Of a DNA stretch of 64,000 nt, positions 10,176 through 20,730 are shown in pieces; the first letter of the stretch is position 1; each line of letters opens with the position of its first letter. The stretch spans positions 147,980 through 211,979 of the forward strand of contig CAVZWI010000001.1 of the NCBI GenBank assembly GCA_963778955.1. Reading direction: 5' to 3'. Origin of the DNA: an uncultured Chloroflexia bacterium (GTDB lineage: Bacteria > Chloroflexota > Limnocylindria > Limnocylindrales > CSP1-4). The notes under the pieces are model-generated. The model saw nothing but the letters and a program-made list of their open reading frames with translations, was not told the DNA's origin and did not search any database. The position numbers were made by a program, and so were the translations under genes.

Positions 10176-10851
10176 CTACGGGCCGGTCCGCTCCAGGAGG
10201 TCGTCCACGGTGCGACCGACCTCTGCCGCCACCGCATCCACCCCGAGGCTGCCATCGAGCAACATCCAGCGCTCGGGGTCGGCCGCGGCCATCTCGTGGT
10301 AGCCCGCGCGCACCCGCTCGTGGAAGGCCAGGTCGTGTCGAGCCGCATCCTCGAACCGCGTCAGCTCGTCGGCATGTCCCTGGTCCCGCCGGGCCAGGCC
10401 CACCTCCACCGGCACGTCCAGTACCAGCACCAGGTCCGGCTGCAGGCCGCGCGTCGATAGCTCGGCGATGACGCTGAGCATCCCGCGGTCCACGCCGCTG
10501 CCGTAGCCCTGGTAGGCCATGCTGGAGGTGGCGTAGCGGTCAAGCACCACGGTCTCGCCGCGGGCCAGGGCCGGCAGGATGACGTCCGCCACCAGCTGGG
10601 AGCGGGCGGCGTTGAACAGCAGCGCGTCGGCCACGGGTCCGCGTGGCACATCCGCGGGATCCAGCAGGATGTGACGGATCTGCTCGCCCAGCGGCGTGCC
10701 ACCAGGTTCGCGCGTCTCGGTCACCGTCATGCCGAGGGCCCGCAGGTGCTCGGCCAACAAGCGTGCTTGTACCGACTTGCCGGCACCATCGGGACCTTCG
10801 AGGACGATGAACAGGCCGGATCCCGGCCTCGCGCGCCCCCTCTAGCGCCAT
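10176..10851 (-). CDS. tmk: dTMP (thymidylate) kinase, frame break at 10819-10822
   Basis: P-loop [15 protein letters not shown] and DRY motifs. The main frame has no ATG/GTG/TTG upstream of the P-loop. ATG at 10851 ([11 protein letters not shown]) joins [15 protein letters not shown] if one nucleotide is removed at GGATCC. Confidence 0.85.
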
Positions 10852-12962
10852 GCCCGAACCTTCTCCGGGTAGAGCCGGACCCGCCGGAACGGCTCGCGAC
10901 CGCGAGAACGCGAGACGACGTTGGCAGCCTCAGCCGCCCGGTGCTGGAGCTTGCGCAGATACGCATTCTGAGGAGAGAGCTCCACCGGCCGCGACTCGGT
11001 GCGCACCAGGCCGATGGCGTCCTCCAGCTCACGCATGGCCACGTCCTGGGGGTCACTGTCGAGCGCGTACAGGCTGGTCAGGATCGTCTGCATCTGCTCG
11101 ATCGTGTTCGACTTGAGCACGTAGATGGGGATGCCACGGGCCTCTGCCTCGCGGATCAACGGCGACTTCTGCTTGTAGCTGCTGCGCAGGGTGATGACCA
11201 CGTCGGCCTCGTCAGGCTCACGCACCACCACCACCGGCAGCTGCAGATCCCTGACGGCTTGCTCCAGGCGCTTGCGGCTGATGGCGTAGCCAAGCACATT
11301 GAGCGGCTGCAGCTGGACGATGGCTCCATCGCGGTCGGACAGCCGGATGAGCGATCTCTCCTCCTCGCGCGTGCCTGCAGGGACCTCAGCATCGACGTCT
11401 ACGGAGGGGTCGGTCTCCGGGGCGGTCTCGTCCGCCAGATCCTGCGCCTCCATCTCATCGGCCATCAGCTCGGTCATGGCACGATCGGCCGAAGCTCGCC
11501 ACTCAGCCTGGCGTTCCAGTTCGCGGGCATCGCGGGCGCGCTGGTCTGGCTCCTGCGAGCCACGTTCCATGGGGCCCCGATCAGCGATGGCTCCGGCGCG
11601 GAAGACGGAAGCGGGAACCGGAGCGGCACCGGCGCCGGTGCGGCCACGAGATGCATCGCCCGGCCAGCCCTCCGTGCCACGGCGACCACGGCCTCGGCCG
11701 CGAGGCGCGGCCCCGGACCGCCCCAAGGCGTCAAGATCGGTGGCACCTCGGCCAGGAAGCCCCGGACCACCAGCGAAGCCACCAAGACCGCTGCCGACGA
11801 GGCCACCAAAGCGCTCACCCGGCATGCGCTCGCGAGGTCCGGGACGTGGTCGCGCCTGTGAACGGTGCACGCCGCCCTCGTCACGCCAGCGCATCTCCGG
11901 CGCCAACGCGTCACCGCGCAGCATGGCATCGATGGTCTCGGCGACGTCGGCGTGCACCGCCACGCGGTCACGGTCCTGGATCTCCACCACCACATCGAAG
12001 GTGGGCGGCGCCTTGCGCTCCAGCACGGACTTCTGGGTGCGGCGCCGGCGCGCCTCGTCGTCACCCAGGGTGACCGTCTGGATGCCGCCGATGAGGTCTG
12101 ACAGCGTGGGGTTCAGCATCAGGTTGTCAAGGTTGTTGCCGTGCGCGGTACCGATGAGCTGCACACCACGTTCGGCGATGGTGCGGGCCGCCAGCGCCTC
12201 CAGCTCCGTGCCGATCTCATCGATGACGATGACCTCCGGCATGTGGTTCTCGACCGCCTCGATCATGACCGCGTGCTGCAGATCGGGCGTCTTGACCTGC
12301 ATGCGGCGGGCGCGGCCGATGCCGGGGTGCGGGATATCTCCGTCGCCGGCGATCTCATTGCTGGTATCGACGATGACGACGCGCTTGTCGAGGTCGTCAG
12401 CCAGCACACGCGCCGCTTCGCGCAGCATGGTGGTCTTGCCGATGCCGGGGCGGCCCATGATGAGGATCGACTGACCCGATTCGACCAGGTCGTCGACGAT
12501 CTCGATGGTGCCGAAGACGGCGCGGCCGACACGACACGTCAGACCCACGATCTTGCCGTTGCGGTTGCGGATGGCGCTGATGCGGTGCAGCGTCCGCTCG
12601 ATGCCGGCGCGATTGTCCTCACCGAAGGAGCCCACGTGCTCGACCACGTACTGGATGTCGTCGGGCCCGATCTCGCGCTCCAGCAGGACCTCCTCGCCGC
12701 CACCGCCGAAGCGCGCCTCAGGCTTGCGACCCAGGTCCATGACTACCTCGATGATCGAACTCACCTGCTTGAGCGACCGCATGCGCTCGCCGATCTCCGG
12801 CGGGAGCGCGTCGAGTAGCGCGTCGAGGTCGTCGGTGACCACGGGATGGATGTGGCCCCGGGGTTCGGACTGGGCGGCCGGCGGGATCCTCGTGCTCAGG
12901 GACCCCTCCACGGACATGGGTTCCTCGGCGGACATGTGTTCCTCCGATGGCGGCGTAGTCAT
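10842..12962 (-). CDS. Ycf45/SpoIIIAA-like AAA ATPase with C-terminal R3H domain
   Basis: 706-aa ORF. Walker [10 protein letters not shown], Walker [10 protein letters not shown], and GTAHG. A Gly/Arg/Pro-rich low-complexity linker precedes the C-terminal R3H-like segment ([16 protein letters not shown]...). Confidence 0.85.
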   Translation of the reverse strand: MTTPPSEEHMSAEEPMSVEGSLSTRIPPAAQSEPRGHIHPVVTDDLDALLDALPPEIGERMRSLKQVSSIIEVVMDLGRKPEARFGGGGEEVLLEREIGPDDIQYVVEHVGSFGEDNRAGIERTLHRISAIRNRNGKIVGLTCRVGRAVFGTIEIVDDLVESGQSILIMGRPGIGKTTMLREAARVLADDLDKRVVIVDTSNEIAGDGDIPHPGIGRARRMQVKTPDLQHAVMIEAVENHMPEVIVIDEIGTELEALAARTIAERGVQLIGTAHGNNLDNLMLNPTLSDLIGGIQTVTLGDDEARRRRTQKSVLERKAPPTFDVVVEIQDRDRVAVHADVAETIDAMLRGDALAPEMRWRDEGGVHRSQARPRPGPRERMPGERFGGLVGSGLGGFAGGPGLPGRGATDLDALGRSGAAPRGRGRGRRGTEGWPGDASRGRTGAGAAPVPASVFRAGAIADRGPMERGSQEPDQRARDARELERQAEWRASADRAMTELMADEMEAQDLADETAPETDPSVDVDAEVPAGTREEERSLIRLSDRDGAIVQLQPLNVLGYAISRKRLEQAVRDLQLPVVVVREPDEADVVITLRSSYKQKSPLIREAEARGIPIYVLKSNTIEQMQTILTSLYALDSDPQDVAMRELEDAIGLVRTESRPVELSPQNAYLRKLQHRAAEAANVVSRSRGREPFRRVRLYPEKVRAWR

Positions 12963-14057
12963 CAGACGGCCGGCACCAGCGACGGTTCAGCGACCCGCAC
13001 CAGCGCCTCCTTGACCAGCAGGGAGACCGTGGCGATGGCCTGCATGCCGTGGTCCTCGAGTCGACGGTCGATCGGTGATTTCATAGGTCCGCACGCAGGC
13101 CATGACCCCGTGCTGGTGGGCGGGACTGGCGGAGCGGCCGACGGCTCCGCTGCGCTTGCCGATGACACCCAGTCCGTAGCGGATGAGGGTCGCGGTATCG
13201 TGCTCCGGCAGCGCCATCAGCCGCATGTAGTGCGGTTGCTGCTCCTTGGCCACGCCCAGCTGCAGCATCGCGGCCAGGCCCCGGCCGTCGCTCGACTCCT
13301 GGACATAGGCCTCCATGTCGGCAAAGCGAAGTAGCGGCGTGAGTGAGGTGCGTGGCACCGACGACCGACTTGGCAGGTGCTCCCAGTCGGGCAGGCGGTA
13401 ACTCTCCAGGCGCGCCACCGGGGCCGGGGTGACGCGTTTGTACAGCGCCGCCAGATCGACCGAATCGAGCGGCGTGGCCGGTCGGATGTGCTGGCTGCTC
13501 GCGTCGAGGCTGCGCAAGCTGGGGAAACGTCGGCGTGGTTCACGGAAGAGGATGGTCTCCTCGCCGTAGCGGGCGAAACCAGCCTGCATGAAGAGTTCCA
13601 CGTTGCCGCCTCGGTCTGCGCAGGCGACATGGAAGCGGACGGCCCCGCGGCGCGAGCCGTCACGCAGGAGGTGCTGGACCATCCGGTATCGGATGTCTCC
13701 GGCCGCGCCCTGGTCCACCGCGTCGAGCTCGACGATGGTCCACTCGTCACGATTGGCGTCACGTTCGACGCGCGCCAGGCCCGCCAAGCGACCATCCTCC
13801 TCGTAGACGTACATCTGGTCGTTGGGCCGGAACGCACCCAGCGGCATGCGGAAAAGGCTGAAGACCGAGACGTGGCTGGCCGTCACCGGCAGCCCCAGCG
13901 AACGCATGGAGCGCACTGGCTGGTCGGGAGGCGCAGCGCCACCGTCCCGGCCCATCTCGATGCTGGGGTGAGCCAGGCGCGACAACTCCCCGACCGCAGC
14001 CAGGTCTGTCAGCCGGGCCGCCCTGACGTGGCCCGAGCGAGGCAGCGCCGGCATCAA
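12962..14057 (-). CDS. GNAT-family acetyltransferase-like protein (probable frame break 13070-13081)
   Basis: GNAT core: [18 protein letters not shown]...[24 protein letters not shown]...[12 protein letters not shown]. After ...VRTYE a better C-terminus ([32 protein letters not shown]) lies in the frame of ORF 12962..13168. Confidence 0.7.
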
Positions 14058-14085
14058 TGGCCATCCGTCGTGCTATGTGCGAGGG

Positions 14086-14695
14086 TCATCTGACCGCCTC
14101 TGGTAGCCCCCTGCTCGCGGGGTATGCGGCAGCCATGGCGGTCAGGAGCCGATGGAACCGCGTCTCACCGGCCAACTCGGGATGGAAGGCGGTGGCGATG
14201 ATGTTGCGCTGGCGCACGGCCACCACGCTACCGTCTTCGAGCCGCGCCAGCACGTCCACCTCGTCGCCCACCCGCTCGACGACGGGGGCCCGGATGAAGA
14301 TGGCGTGGACCGGTGCGTCACCCAGGTCGGGCACTGCCAGGTCCGCCTCGAACGAGTCAAGCTGCCGTCCGAAGGCGTTGCGCTTGACCGAGATGTCGAG
14401 CAGCGGGAATACGGGCTCGTCGCCATCGACGATGTCTTGCGCCAGGACGATCATGCCGGCGCAGGTACCCAGCAGCGGCAGACCATCTCGGGCCACGTCC
14501 AGGATGGGCGCGCGCAAGCCCCAGCGGTCGATGAGCTTACGCATGGTGGTGGACTCGCCGCCGGGCAGGATCAGGCCGGCCAAGCCTTCGAGATGCTCCG
14601 GCAGACGCACGGGGACGGCCTCCACGCCGAGGCCACGAAGTAGTACTTCATGTTCGGCGAAGGCGCCCTGGACCCTGAGGACACCGATCCTCACG
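14086..14695 (-). CDS. pdxT: pyridoxal 5'-phosphate synthase, glutaminase subunit
   Basis: Motifs RIGVLRVQGAF, LILPGGESTT, GTCAGMI and FHPEL. GTG at 14695 with GGAGG 6 nt upstream. Confidence 0.92.
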
Positions 14696-14728
14696 ATGGG
14701 CCTCCGTGCAAACCCTGATGTCATGGGC

Positions 14729-15616
14729 CTACCAGCCGCGGGCCGCGAGACGCTCCTCCTGCGGGACCGAAGCGGCATGGATGCCGCGCATCGGCTCGCC
14801 CAGGCCGCGAGAGACCTCGGCGATGATCCTGGGATCGTCGAAATGAGTGGTGGCCTGCACGATGGCGTTGGCCGTGGTGGCGGGGTCCTCGGACTTGAAG
14901 ATACCCGAGCCCACGAACACGCCCTCCGCACCCAGCTGCATCGCCAGTGCCGCATCCGACGGCGTGGCGATGCCACCGGCCACGAAGTTCACCACCGGCA
15001 AGCGCCCTGCGGCAGCCACGTCCCTCACCAGATCGTACGGCGCTCCTAGTTCCTTGGCAGCAGCGAAGAGCTCATCCTCGCGCAGGCTGGCAAGCCGCCG
15101 GATGCCGGCACTGACGGCCCGGATATGACGGACGGCCTCGACGATGTCGCCGGTGCCGGCCTCACCCTTGGTACGCATCATGGCGGCACCCTCGCTGATG
15201 CGGCGCAGCGCCTCGCCCAGGTCGCGAGCCCCACACACGAACGGCACCTTGAACTGATGCTTGTCGATGTGGTTGTCCTCGTCGGCCGGCGTCAGCACTT
15301 CCGACTCATCGATGTAGTCGACGCCCAGTGCTTCGAGCACCTGCGCTTCCACGAAGTGGCCTATGCGCGCCTTGGCCATCACCGGGATGGTGACGGCGTC
15401 CATGATGCCGCTCACCAGGGCGGGATCGCTCATGCGGGCGACGCCGCCGGTGGCGCGGATGTCAGCCGGCACGCGCTCCAGCGCCATGACCGCGACGGCA
15501 CCGGCTTCCTCGGCGATGCGCGCCTGATCTGGGGTGACGACGTCCATGATGACGCCGCCCTTGAGCATCTGGGCCAGGCCTTTCTTGGTCGCCCAGGTGG
15601 ACGTATCGACGTTCAC
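14729..15616 (-). CDS. pdxS: pyridoxal 5'-phosphate synthase, lyase subunit
   Basis: Motifs [43 protein letters not shown] and the C-terminus RGW. GTG at 15616. The longer ORF extension has no homology-like sequence. Confidence 0.95.
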   Translation of the reverse strand: MNVDTSTWATKKGLAQMLKGGVIMDVVTPDQARIAEEAGAVAVMALERVPADIRATGGVARMSDPALVSGIMDAVTIPVMAKARIGHFVEAQVLEALGVDYIDESEVLTPADEDNHIDKHQFKVPFVCGARDLGEALRRISEGAAMMRTKGEAGTGDIVEAVRHIRAVSAGIRRLASLREDELFAAAKELGAPYDLVRDVAAAGRLPVVNFVAGGIATPSDAALAMQLGAEGVFVGSGIFKSEDPATTANAIVQATTHFDDPRIIAEVSRGLGEPMRGIHAASVPQEERLAARGW

Positions 15617-15907
15617 GACATGCCTCGATCGAAGTTGGGTTCTGGTGGCGCTTGCCAGTGGCTCGGCGGCGGGGTCGTCGCCCGCACGGAGCCGGTTGGT
15701 TGCCACGACGGTGAGGTCGATTATCGCACGCGCTCCTGATGACCCCGCAGTGGGGACTCGATAGCCCACGACTCGGCGCAAGCTTGGCGCGGCGCGGGCT
15801 TGATGGCGGATGGTCCATTGGAGGGGGGTGTGGTACTGATGGCCCCGGTGCTGGGGGGCACCACAGTAGGGAGGGCCACCACGCACGGACCTGTTAGCGT
15901 GCCCGAT

Positions 15908-16717
15908 ATGCCGGAACGCCAACGGACCAAACGTCCCCCCATCGACCTTGCCGTGGAGCTCGAACGAGCCGTCGAGCACAACGAGTTCGGACTCGAGTAC
16001 CAGCCCATCATCGACCTGGTCTCAGGGTCGATCGCTGCGGTCGAAGCGCTGCTGCGCTGGCGACATCCACTGATGGGCACCATCGCTCCGGCCGACTATC
16101 TGCCGCTGGCCGAGGAGACCGGGCTCATCGTGCCCATCGGTGAACGCGTGCTGGATGCCGCGACTCGCCAGCTGCGCACGTGGCACCTGGGCTTCGCGCG
16201 GATGCAATCGCTGCGGATGAACATCAACATCTCCCCGCGTCAGCTCAGCCACCCCGACCTGCTGGGCCAGATCCAGACCGTGTTGCAGCGATCGGACCTG
16301 GATCCGGCATCGCTGACGCTGGAGCTGGGTACCGGCTGTGCGGGCTACCCCGACGAGATCGCCGCGTTGGCCGACGTCGGCGTGGGGCTGGCGCTCGAGG
16401 ACTTCGGTCAGGGCTCAGCACTCGACGACGTGCGCAGCATGCCCCTGACGATCGTGAAGCTCCACCCGAGCTTCGCCAACCTGGTGACCAGCAGCGACGA
16501 CGACGTGGCCTTCGCCGAGAGCGTCCTCGCGCTGTGCCGCGCACGCGGCCTGGCCACCATCGGCAAGGGCGTGGAGACGCGCGAGCAGGCTCGGCGTCTC
16601 GCCGTCGTCGGCTGTGACATGGCGCAGGGCTACCTGTACTCCAAGCCGCTGGGCTCGGAAGGCATCGGCACGCTCCTGGCGCGCGGTCGCGTCACCTCCC
16701 CCGCGACCGCCCGCTAG
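15908..16717 (+). CDS. stand-alone EAL-domain protein (partly degenerate active site)
   Basis: Motifs [47 protein letters not shown] and [12 protein letters not shown] at 15908. Confidence 0.8.
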   Translation: MPERQRTKRPPIDLAVELERAVEHNEFGLEYQPIIDLVSGSIAAVEALLRWRHPLMGTIAPADYLPLAEETGLIVPIGERVLDAATRQLRTWHLGFARMQSLRMNINISPRQLSHPDLLGQIQTVLQRSDLDPASLTLELGTGCAGYPDEIAALADVGVGLALEDFGQGSALDDVRSMPLTIVKLHPSFANLVTSSDDDVAFAESVLALCRARGLATIGKGVETREQARRLAVVGCDMAQGYLYSKPLGSEGIGTLLARGRVTSPATAR

Positions 16718-16722
16718 ACCCC

Positions 16723-16760
16723 GCATCGTCCGCCAGCGCCCGGCATCGTCCGCCAGCGCC
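16723..16760. repeat. direct repeat 2 x 18 bp (GCATCGTCCGCCAGCGCC), period 20
   Basis: Copies at 16723-16740 and 16743-16760, immediately after the EAL stop codon. Confidence 0.8.
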
Positions 16761-16787
16761 CCGCGCGTCGTACAGCCCACATGACGA

Positions 16788-16818
16788 ACGGCCGGGAGGT
16801 CGAAGCCTCTCCGGCCGT
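16788..16818. terminator. hairpin between convergent genes
   Basis: ACGGCCGG (16788-16795) pairs with CCGGCCGT (16811-16818), with partial extension. It lies between the EAL gene (+) and the zinc-ribbon gene (-). No clear U-tract. Confidence 0.4.
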
Positions 16819-16893
16819 CTGTGCTCCGGGGCGCAGGTCCCGGAAGGCGGGCGCTGCCGCCTGATCGGTCGCCACCGCGACCGATGGTGAATC

Positions 16894-17184
16894 TCAGAAG
16901 ATGCCCATGGCGCCCATGGCGGCGCCGTAGAGCCCGATCGCGGCGACCAGGCCGACCAGCACGAAGGCGCGCCCTCGGGACACGCTGGTGGCGTCGTTGA
17001 AGGCCGCCTGATGCAGCGAGATGTCGTACTCGGTGCCGCGATACCGCTCGGTCAGCGACAACTGACGTTCATCGTCGGGCGCCTGGACCGACAGCGCGAC
17101 AGCGGTCGGGTCCCAGCGGCATGCGGGGCAGATGCCGGTGTTCTGATCGAGCTCGGTCTCGCACTCTGGGCAGTAGGCGTTCAT
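16894..17184 (-). CDS. zinc-ribbon protein with C-terminal transmembrane helix
   Basis: MNAYCPECETELDQNTGICPACRWDP (CxxC...CxxC), then the hydrophobic C-terminus AFVLVGLVAAIGLYGAAMGAMGIF. Confidence 0.55.
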   Translation of the reverse strand: MNAYCPECETELDQNTGICPACRWDPTAVALSVQAPDDERQLSLTERYRGTEYDISLHQAAFNDATSVSRGRAFVLVGLVAAIGLYGAAMGAMGIF

Positions 17185-17211
17185 GATCCGTCCTGTTCCT
17201 CACAGATGTCT

Positions 17212-17238
17212 TGGTGGCTTTGGTGGCTCTGGTGGCTG
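17212..17238. repeat. 3 x 9-bp tandem repeat TGGTGGCTN
   Basis: TGGTGGCTT, TGGTGGCTC and TGGTGGCTG in the spacer between the divergent zinc-ribbon and HNH genes. Confidence 0.85.
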
Positions 17239-17475
17239 ACTGCGCTCGGATCGATGACATGCCGAACCCTATCGGCCCCGACGGTCCTGTCTCCATCACC
17301 CGGTCGTCCCACGCTTCGGGCAGAGGCGTGTCGTCAGGTGTGGTCATGTGGGCACGCTGGGGACCACGCCCGATGGAGCATTGGTACTGCCTGCGGGGTG
17401 TCTGCGGTAGGGCATGGCCGAGGGTGCGTTAGGATGCGCGTGCAGCGTGTGGAACACGCCGGTCCGAGGTGCACG

Positions 17476-17988
17476 GTGGATAGCGTCGTCCTTCTGTTGA
17501 ACGCCGACTACGAGCCGCTCAACGTCTGCGACATCCGCAGGGCGTTCCGGCTCGTCTTCGGCGCGAAGGCGGAGGTGATCGAGTACGACCACACCGAGGT
17601 GCGCACTCCGACCAGGGTCCTGCGGGCGCCCTCGGTGATCAAGCTGCAGTACCGCGTCAAACGTCCGCGACCGCGCGTGCGACTGTCTCGACGTGAGGTC
17701 TTCGCCCGCGATGGCCACGTCTGCGTGTACTGCGGTGAGCGATCGCCCAAGCTGACGCTCGACCATGTCGTGCCCCGCCACCGTGGCGGCGGCCACAGCT
17801 GGGACAACCTCGTGGCGGCCTGCAGCTCCTGCAATCACCGCAAGGGAGGCCGTCTGCCGGAGGAAGCCGGGATGCGCCTTCGCCAGCCGCCTCGTGAGCC
17901 CCGCTGCGACATCTACTCGTTGTACTCGTCCTATCTGAGCGACCCCCGCAACGAAGCCTGGCGGGACTACCTCACCCTCAACCGCTGA
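17476..17988 (+). CDS. HNH endonuclease
   Basis: CVYCGERSPKLTLDHVVPRHRGGGHSWDNLVAACSSCNHRKG. GTG at 17476 with GAGG 6 nt upstream (alternative ATG at 17434). The first 140 codons of ORF 17011..17988 are antisense to the zinc-ribbon gene. Confidence 0.8.
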   Translation: MDSVVLLLNADYEPLNVCDIRRAFRLVFGAKAEVIEYDHTEVRTPTRVLRAPSVIKLQYRVKRPRPRVRLSRREVFARDGHVCVYCGERSPKLTLDHVVPRHRGGGHSWDNLVAACSSCNHRKGGRLPEEAGMRLRQPPREPRCDIYSLYSSYLSDPRNEAWRDYLTLNR

Positions 17989-18008
17989 GCGGCGGGCCGG
18001 GAGAGCCG

Positions 18009-19349
18009 GTGGCGTCGTACGACACGGGCGAGGGGCCGCCGTTCCCGGTCGATGCCGCGGCGATGTCAGTGCTGGCCAAACTGTGGCAAGAGGGTCACGC
18101 GGCCTATCTCGTGGGCGGTGGTGTGCGAGATGCCTTGCTGGGCCTCCGCGTCAGCGACTGGGACGTAGCGACTGATGCGCGGCCGGAGCGAATCCTGCGC
18201 GTCTTCCCCGGCAGCAGTTATCAGAACCGCTTTGGCACCGTCCTGGCGCGCGAGATCGAGATCACGACCTTCCGTCGCGATCACCGCTATGCCGACCATC
18301 GCCGACCCGACAGCGTCACCTTCAGCAGTGACATCTTCGAGGACCTGGCCCGCCGCGACCTCACCATCAATGCCATCGCCTGGGGCCGACGCGGTGCAGG
18401 GTCGGCAGCCCGCTTGATCGATCCGGCCGACGGTCAGGGCGACCTGGATGCCCGGTTGGTCCGTGCCGTGGGCGATCCGGAGCGGCGCTTCGACGAAGAT
18501 GCCCTGCGACTGTTGCGAGCGGTGCGCATCGCGGCACGCCTGGACTTCACCATCGAACCGGTCACCAAGCGCGCGATGCTCGACCACGCCGCTGACATCG
18601 AGTGGGTCTCGGAGGAGCGAGTCGGCAGCGAGATCTGCCGCATGCTGGCCGCGAGAGAACCCTCGCGGGCGGTCCGCCTGATGGCCGAGACCGGCATCCT
18701 GGCCACCACACTACCCGAGCTCCAGGCCTTGCCGGCAGCGACGCAGGACCGGACCCTCGCCACGCTTGACGCGGCGGCCGAGGCGGATCCGGGCAACAAG
18801 CGACTGGCGCTGGCGGCGCTCATCGGCGATATCGGTCCCGATACCGCCCGCACGATGCTGGCGCGCCTGCGGGTGGCCGGACGCGAGGCCGACGCGATCG
18901 CGTCGCTCATCGCCACTGCACCGACCGTGTACGAGACGGACTGGACCGACGCGGACGTGCGCCGCTACATGGGCCGGCTGCCTGCCGATCTGCTCGATGA
19001 CCTCCTGCTACTGCGGACGGCCCGGGTGGCCGACGACCAGTCTGCAGCGCGGGAGGCGCAGCTGGGCGACCGCATCGCCGGCCAGCGCGCTGCCGGATCT
19101 CCGCTGACGCTGGCCGACCTCGCCATCGACGGTCGCGACCTGCGCGAGACCCTGGGCGTTCCCGAAGGTCCGCGCATCGGCACGATCCTGGAGCGACTCC
19201 TCGCCGACGTCATCGAGGAGCCGGCCCTCAACGGGCGCGTGACCCTGCTGACGCGGGCCAGCCTCGTCCTCGATGACCTGATGCAGGCCGGCCGTGGCGA
19301 AGCCGACAGCGGTGTCGCGCGCGATGCCGCGCATCCACCCATCAGGTAG
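18009..19349 (+). CDS. cca: CCA tRNA nucleotidyltransferase / poly(A) polymerase family
   Basis: Contains LVGGGVRDALLG...DWDVATDARPE, FGTV and RRDLTINA. GTG start. Confidence 0.85.
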   Translation: MASYDTGEGPPFPVDAAAMSVLAKLWQEGHAAYLVGGGVRDALLGLRVSDWDVATDARPERILRVFPGSSYQNRFGTVLAREIEITTFRRDHRYADHRRPDSVTFSSDIFEDLARRDLTINAIAWGRRGAGSAARLIDPADGQGDLDARLVRAVGDPERRFDEDALRLLRAVRIAARLDFTIEPVTKRAMLDHAADIEWVSEERVGSEICRMLAAREPSRAVRLMAETGILATTLPELQALPAATQDRTLATLDAAAEADPGNKRLALAALIGDIGPDTARTMLARLRVAGREADAIASLIATAPTVYETDWTDADVRRYMGRLPADLLDDLLLLRTARVADDQSAAREAQLGDRIAGQRAAGSPLTLADLAIDGRDLRETLGVPEGPRIGTILERLLADVIEEPALNGRVTLLTRASLVLDDLMQAGRGEADSGVARDAAHPPIR

Positions 19350-19359
19350 TCTCGACAGC

Positions 19360-19752
19360 ATGATCGAGCAGATCCTCGAGGCCGACCGGAACCTGCAGGT
19401 CGACCAGGTCGCCAAGGCCAGGGACATCTACGGGCGGGTCGTGGAGTTGGATCCCGGCAACGCCATCGCTGTCGTCGGCCTGGCGCGGTGCGCATCGGCG
19501 GAGGGCGATGACCGGCAGGCCTATCGGCTCGCCTCACGCGCGCTCCAGATCGATCCCGAGAATGACATGGCACGCCGCATGGAAGCCCGCCTTTCGGAGG
19601 TGCTTGCCACTCGAGGTGAACCGGTCGAGCGGCCGGCCGTGGTCGCCACGCCGAGCTCCCACCAGATGCGAGCCGCCATGACCGACATCGTCACCCCCAC
19701 CAAGGAGTCTCCGTTGCGCAAGTCCCTCTTCGACCGACTGCTGGGTCGCTGA
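19360..19752 (+). CDS. TPR-like small protein
   Basis: MIEQILEADRNLQVDQVAKARDIYGRVVELDPGNAIAVVGLARC...ALQIDPEN. Its stop overlaps the galE ATG (TGATG). Confidence 0.55.
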   Translation: MIEQILEADRNLQVDQVAKARDIYGRVVELDPGNAIAVVGLARCASAEGDDRQAYRLASRALQIDPENDMARRMEARLSEVLATRGEPVERPAVVATPSSHQMRAAMTDIVTPTKESPLRKSLFDRLLGR

Positions 19753-20724
19753 TGCGCGTCCTCGTCACCGGTGGCGCCGGCTACATCGGCGCGGTCACCG
19801 TGGAGCAGCTCATCCTGGCCGGGCATGAGGTCGTGGTCCTGGACACGCTCGTGACCGGACATCGTGAATTTGTCGCGCCCGGCGCCGAGATGGCGGTGCA
19901 CTCGGTGTCGGACAAGGCGGCCGTGGTGGCCCTGCTCAAGCACCACCACATCGATGCCGTCCTGCACTGCGCCGCCCGGTCGCTGGTGGGCCAGTCCATG
20001 CAGGATCCGGGCCTCTACTTCAGCGAGAACGTGGTCGGGGGCATCGCCCTGCTGGACGCCCTTCGTGAGTCGGGTGTCGACCGCATCGTCTTCAGCTGCA
20101 CCGCAGCGGTCTACGGCGAGCCCGAGCGTGTGCCCATCCGCGAATCCGCGCCGACGCGTCCGGTGAACCCCTACGGCGCCTCCAAGCTGGCCTTCGAGAG
20201 TGCCATGGGCTGGTATTCCGCCTACGGCCTGCGCTCCGTATCGTTGCGCTACTTCAACGTGGCCGGAGCCAGCGAGCATTACGGCGAGCGGCATCATCCG
20301 GAGACGCACCTCATCCCCAACATCCTGGGCGCCGCACGGGGCGGTCCTGAGCTGACGGTCTTCGGGGCTGACTATCCCACCGCTGACGGCACGGCCATCC
20401 GCGACTACATCCACGTGCTCGACCTGGCCGAGGCACATATCGCGGCCCTGGAGCTCACCGGCCAGATGGAGGCGGGCCAGGAGATCTGCAATCTCGGCTC
20501 CGGCAGCGGCTTCAGCGTCAAGCAGGTGCTCGACGCCGCCAGCGCCATCGTCGGCGCCGAGATACCGCACCACTACGGGCCACGCCGCGCGGGTCGATCC
20601 GCCCGCGCTCATCGCATCCTACGACCGGGCGGCCGAACTGTTGGGCTGGGGACCGCAACGTGGCTCACTACGCGAGATGATCGGCTCGGCGTGGCGCCTG
20701 CTGGAGACCGGCCGGGCCGGCTAG
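19752..20724 (+). CDS. galE: UDP-glucose 4-epimerase (one extra nt at 20595)
   Basis: Motifs VTGGAGYIG and YGASK. After ...HHYGPRRAG the expected DPPALIASYDRAAELLGWGPQRGSLREMIGSAWRLLE followed by TAG (20722-20724) is in the +1 frame. The 591-aa ORF 19752..21527 is a read-through artefact. Confidence 0.9.
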
Positions 20725-20730
20725 CGCGTC

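Noticed and set aside
10842-10844. TAG read-through fusing the R3H ATPase to Tmk, or a CTG start for tmk
   Set aside because: A canonical ATG overlapping the upstream stop becomes available with a single-nucleotide correction at a GATC site, which matches the pattern seen elsewhere.
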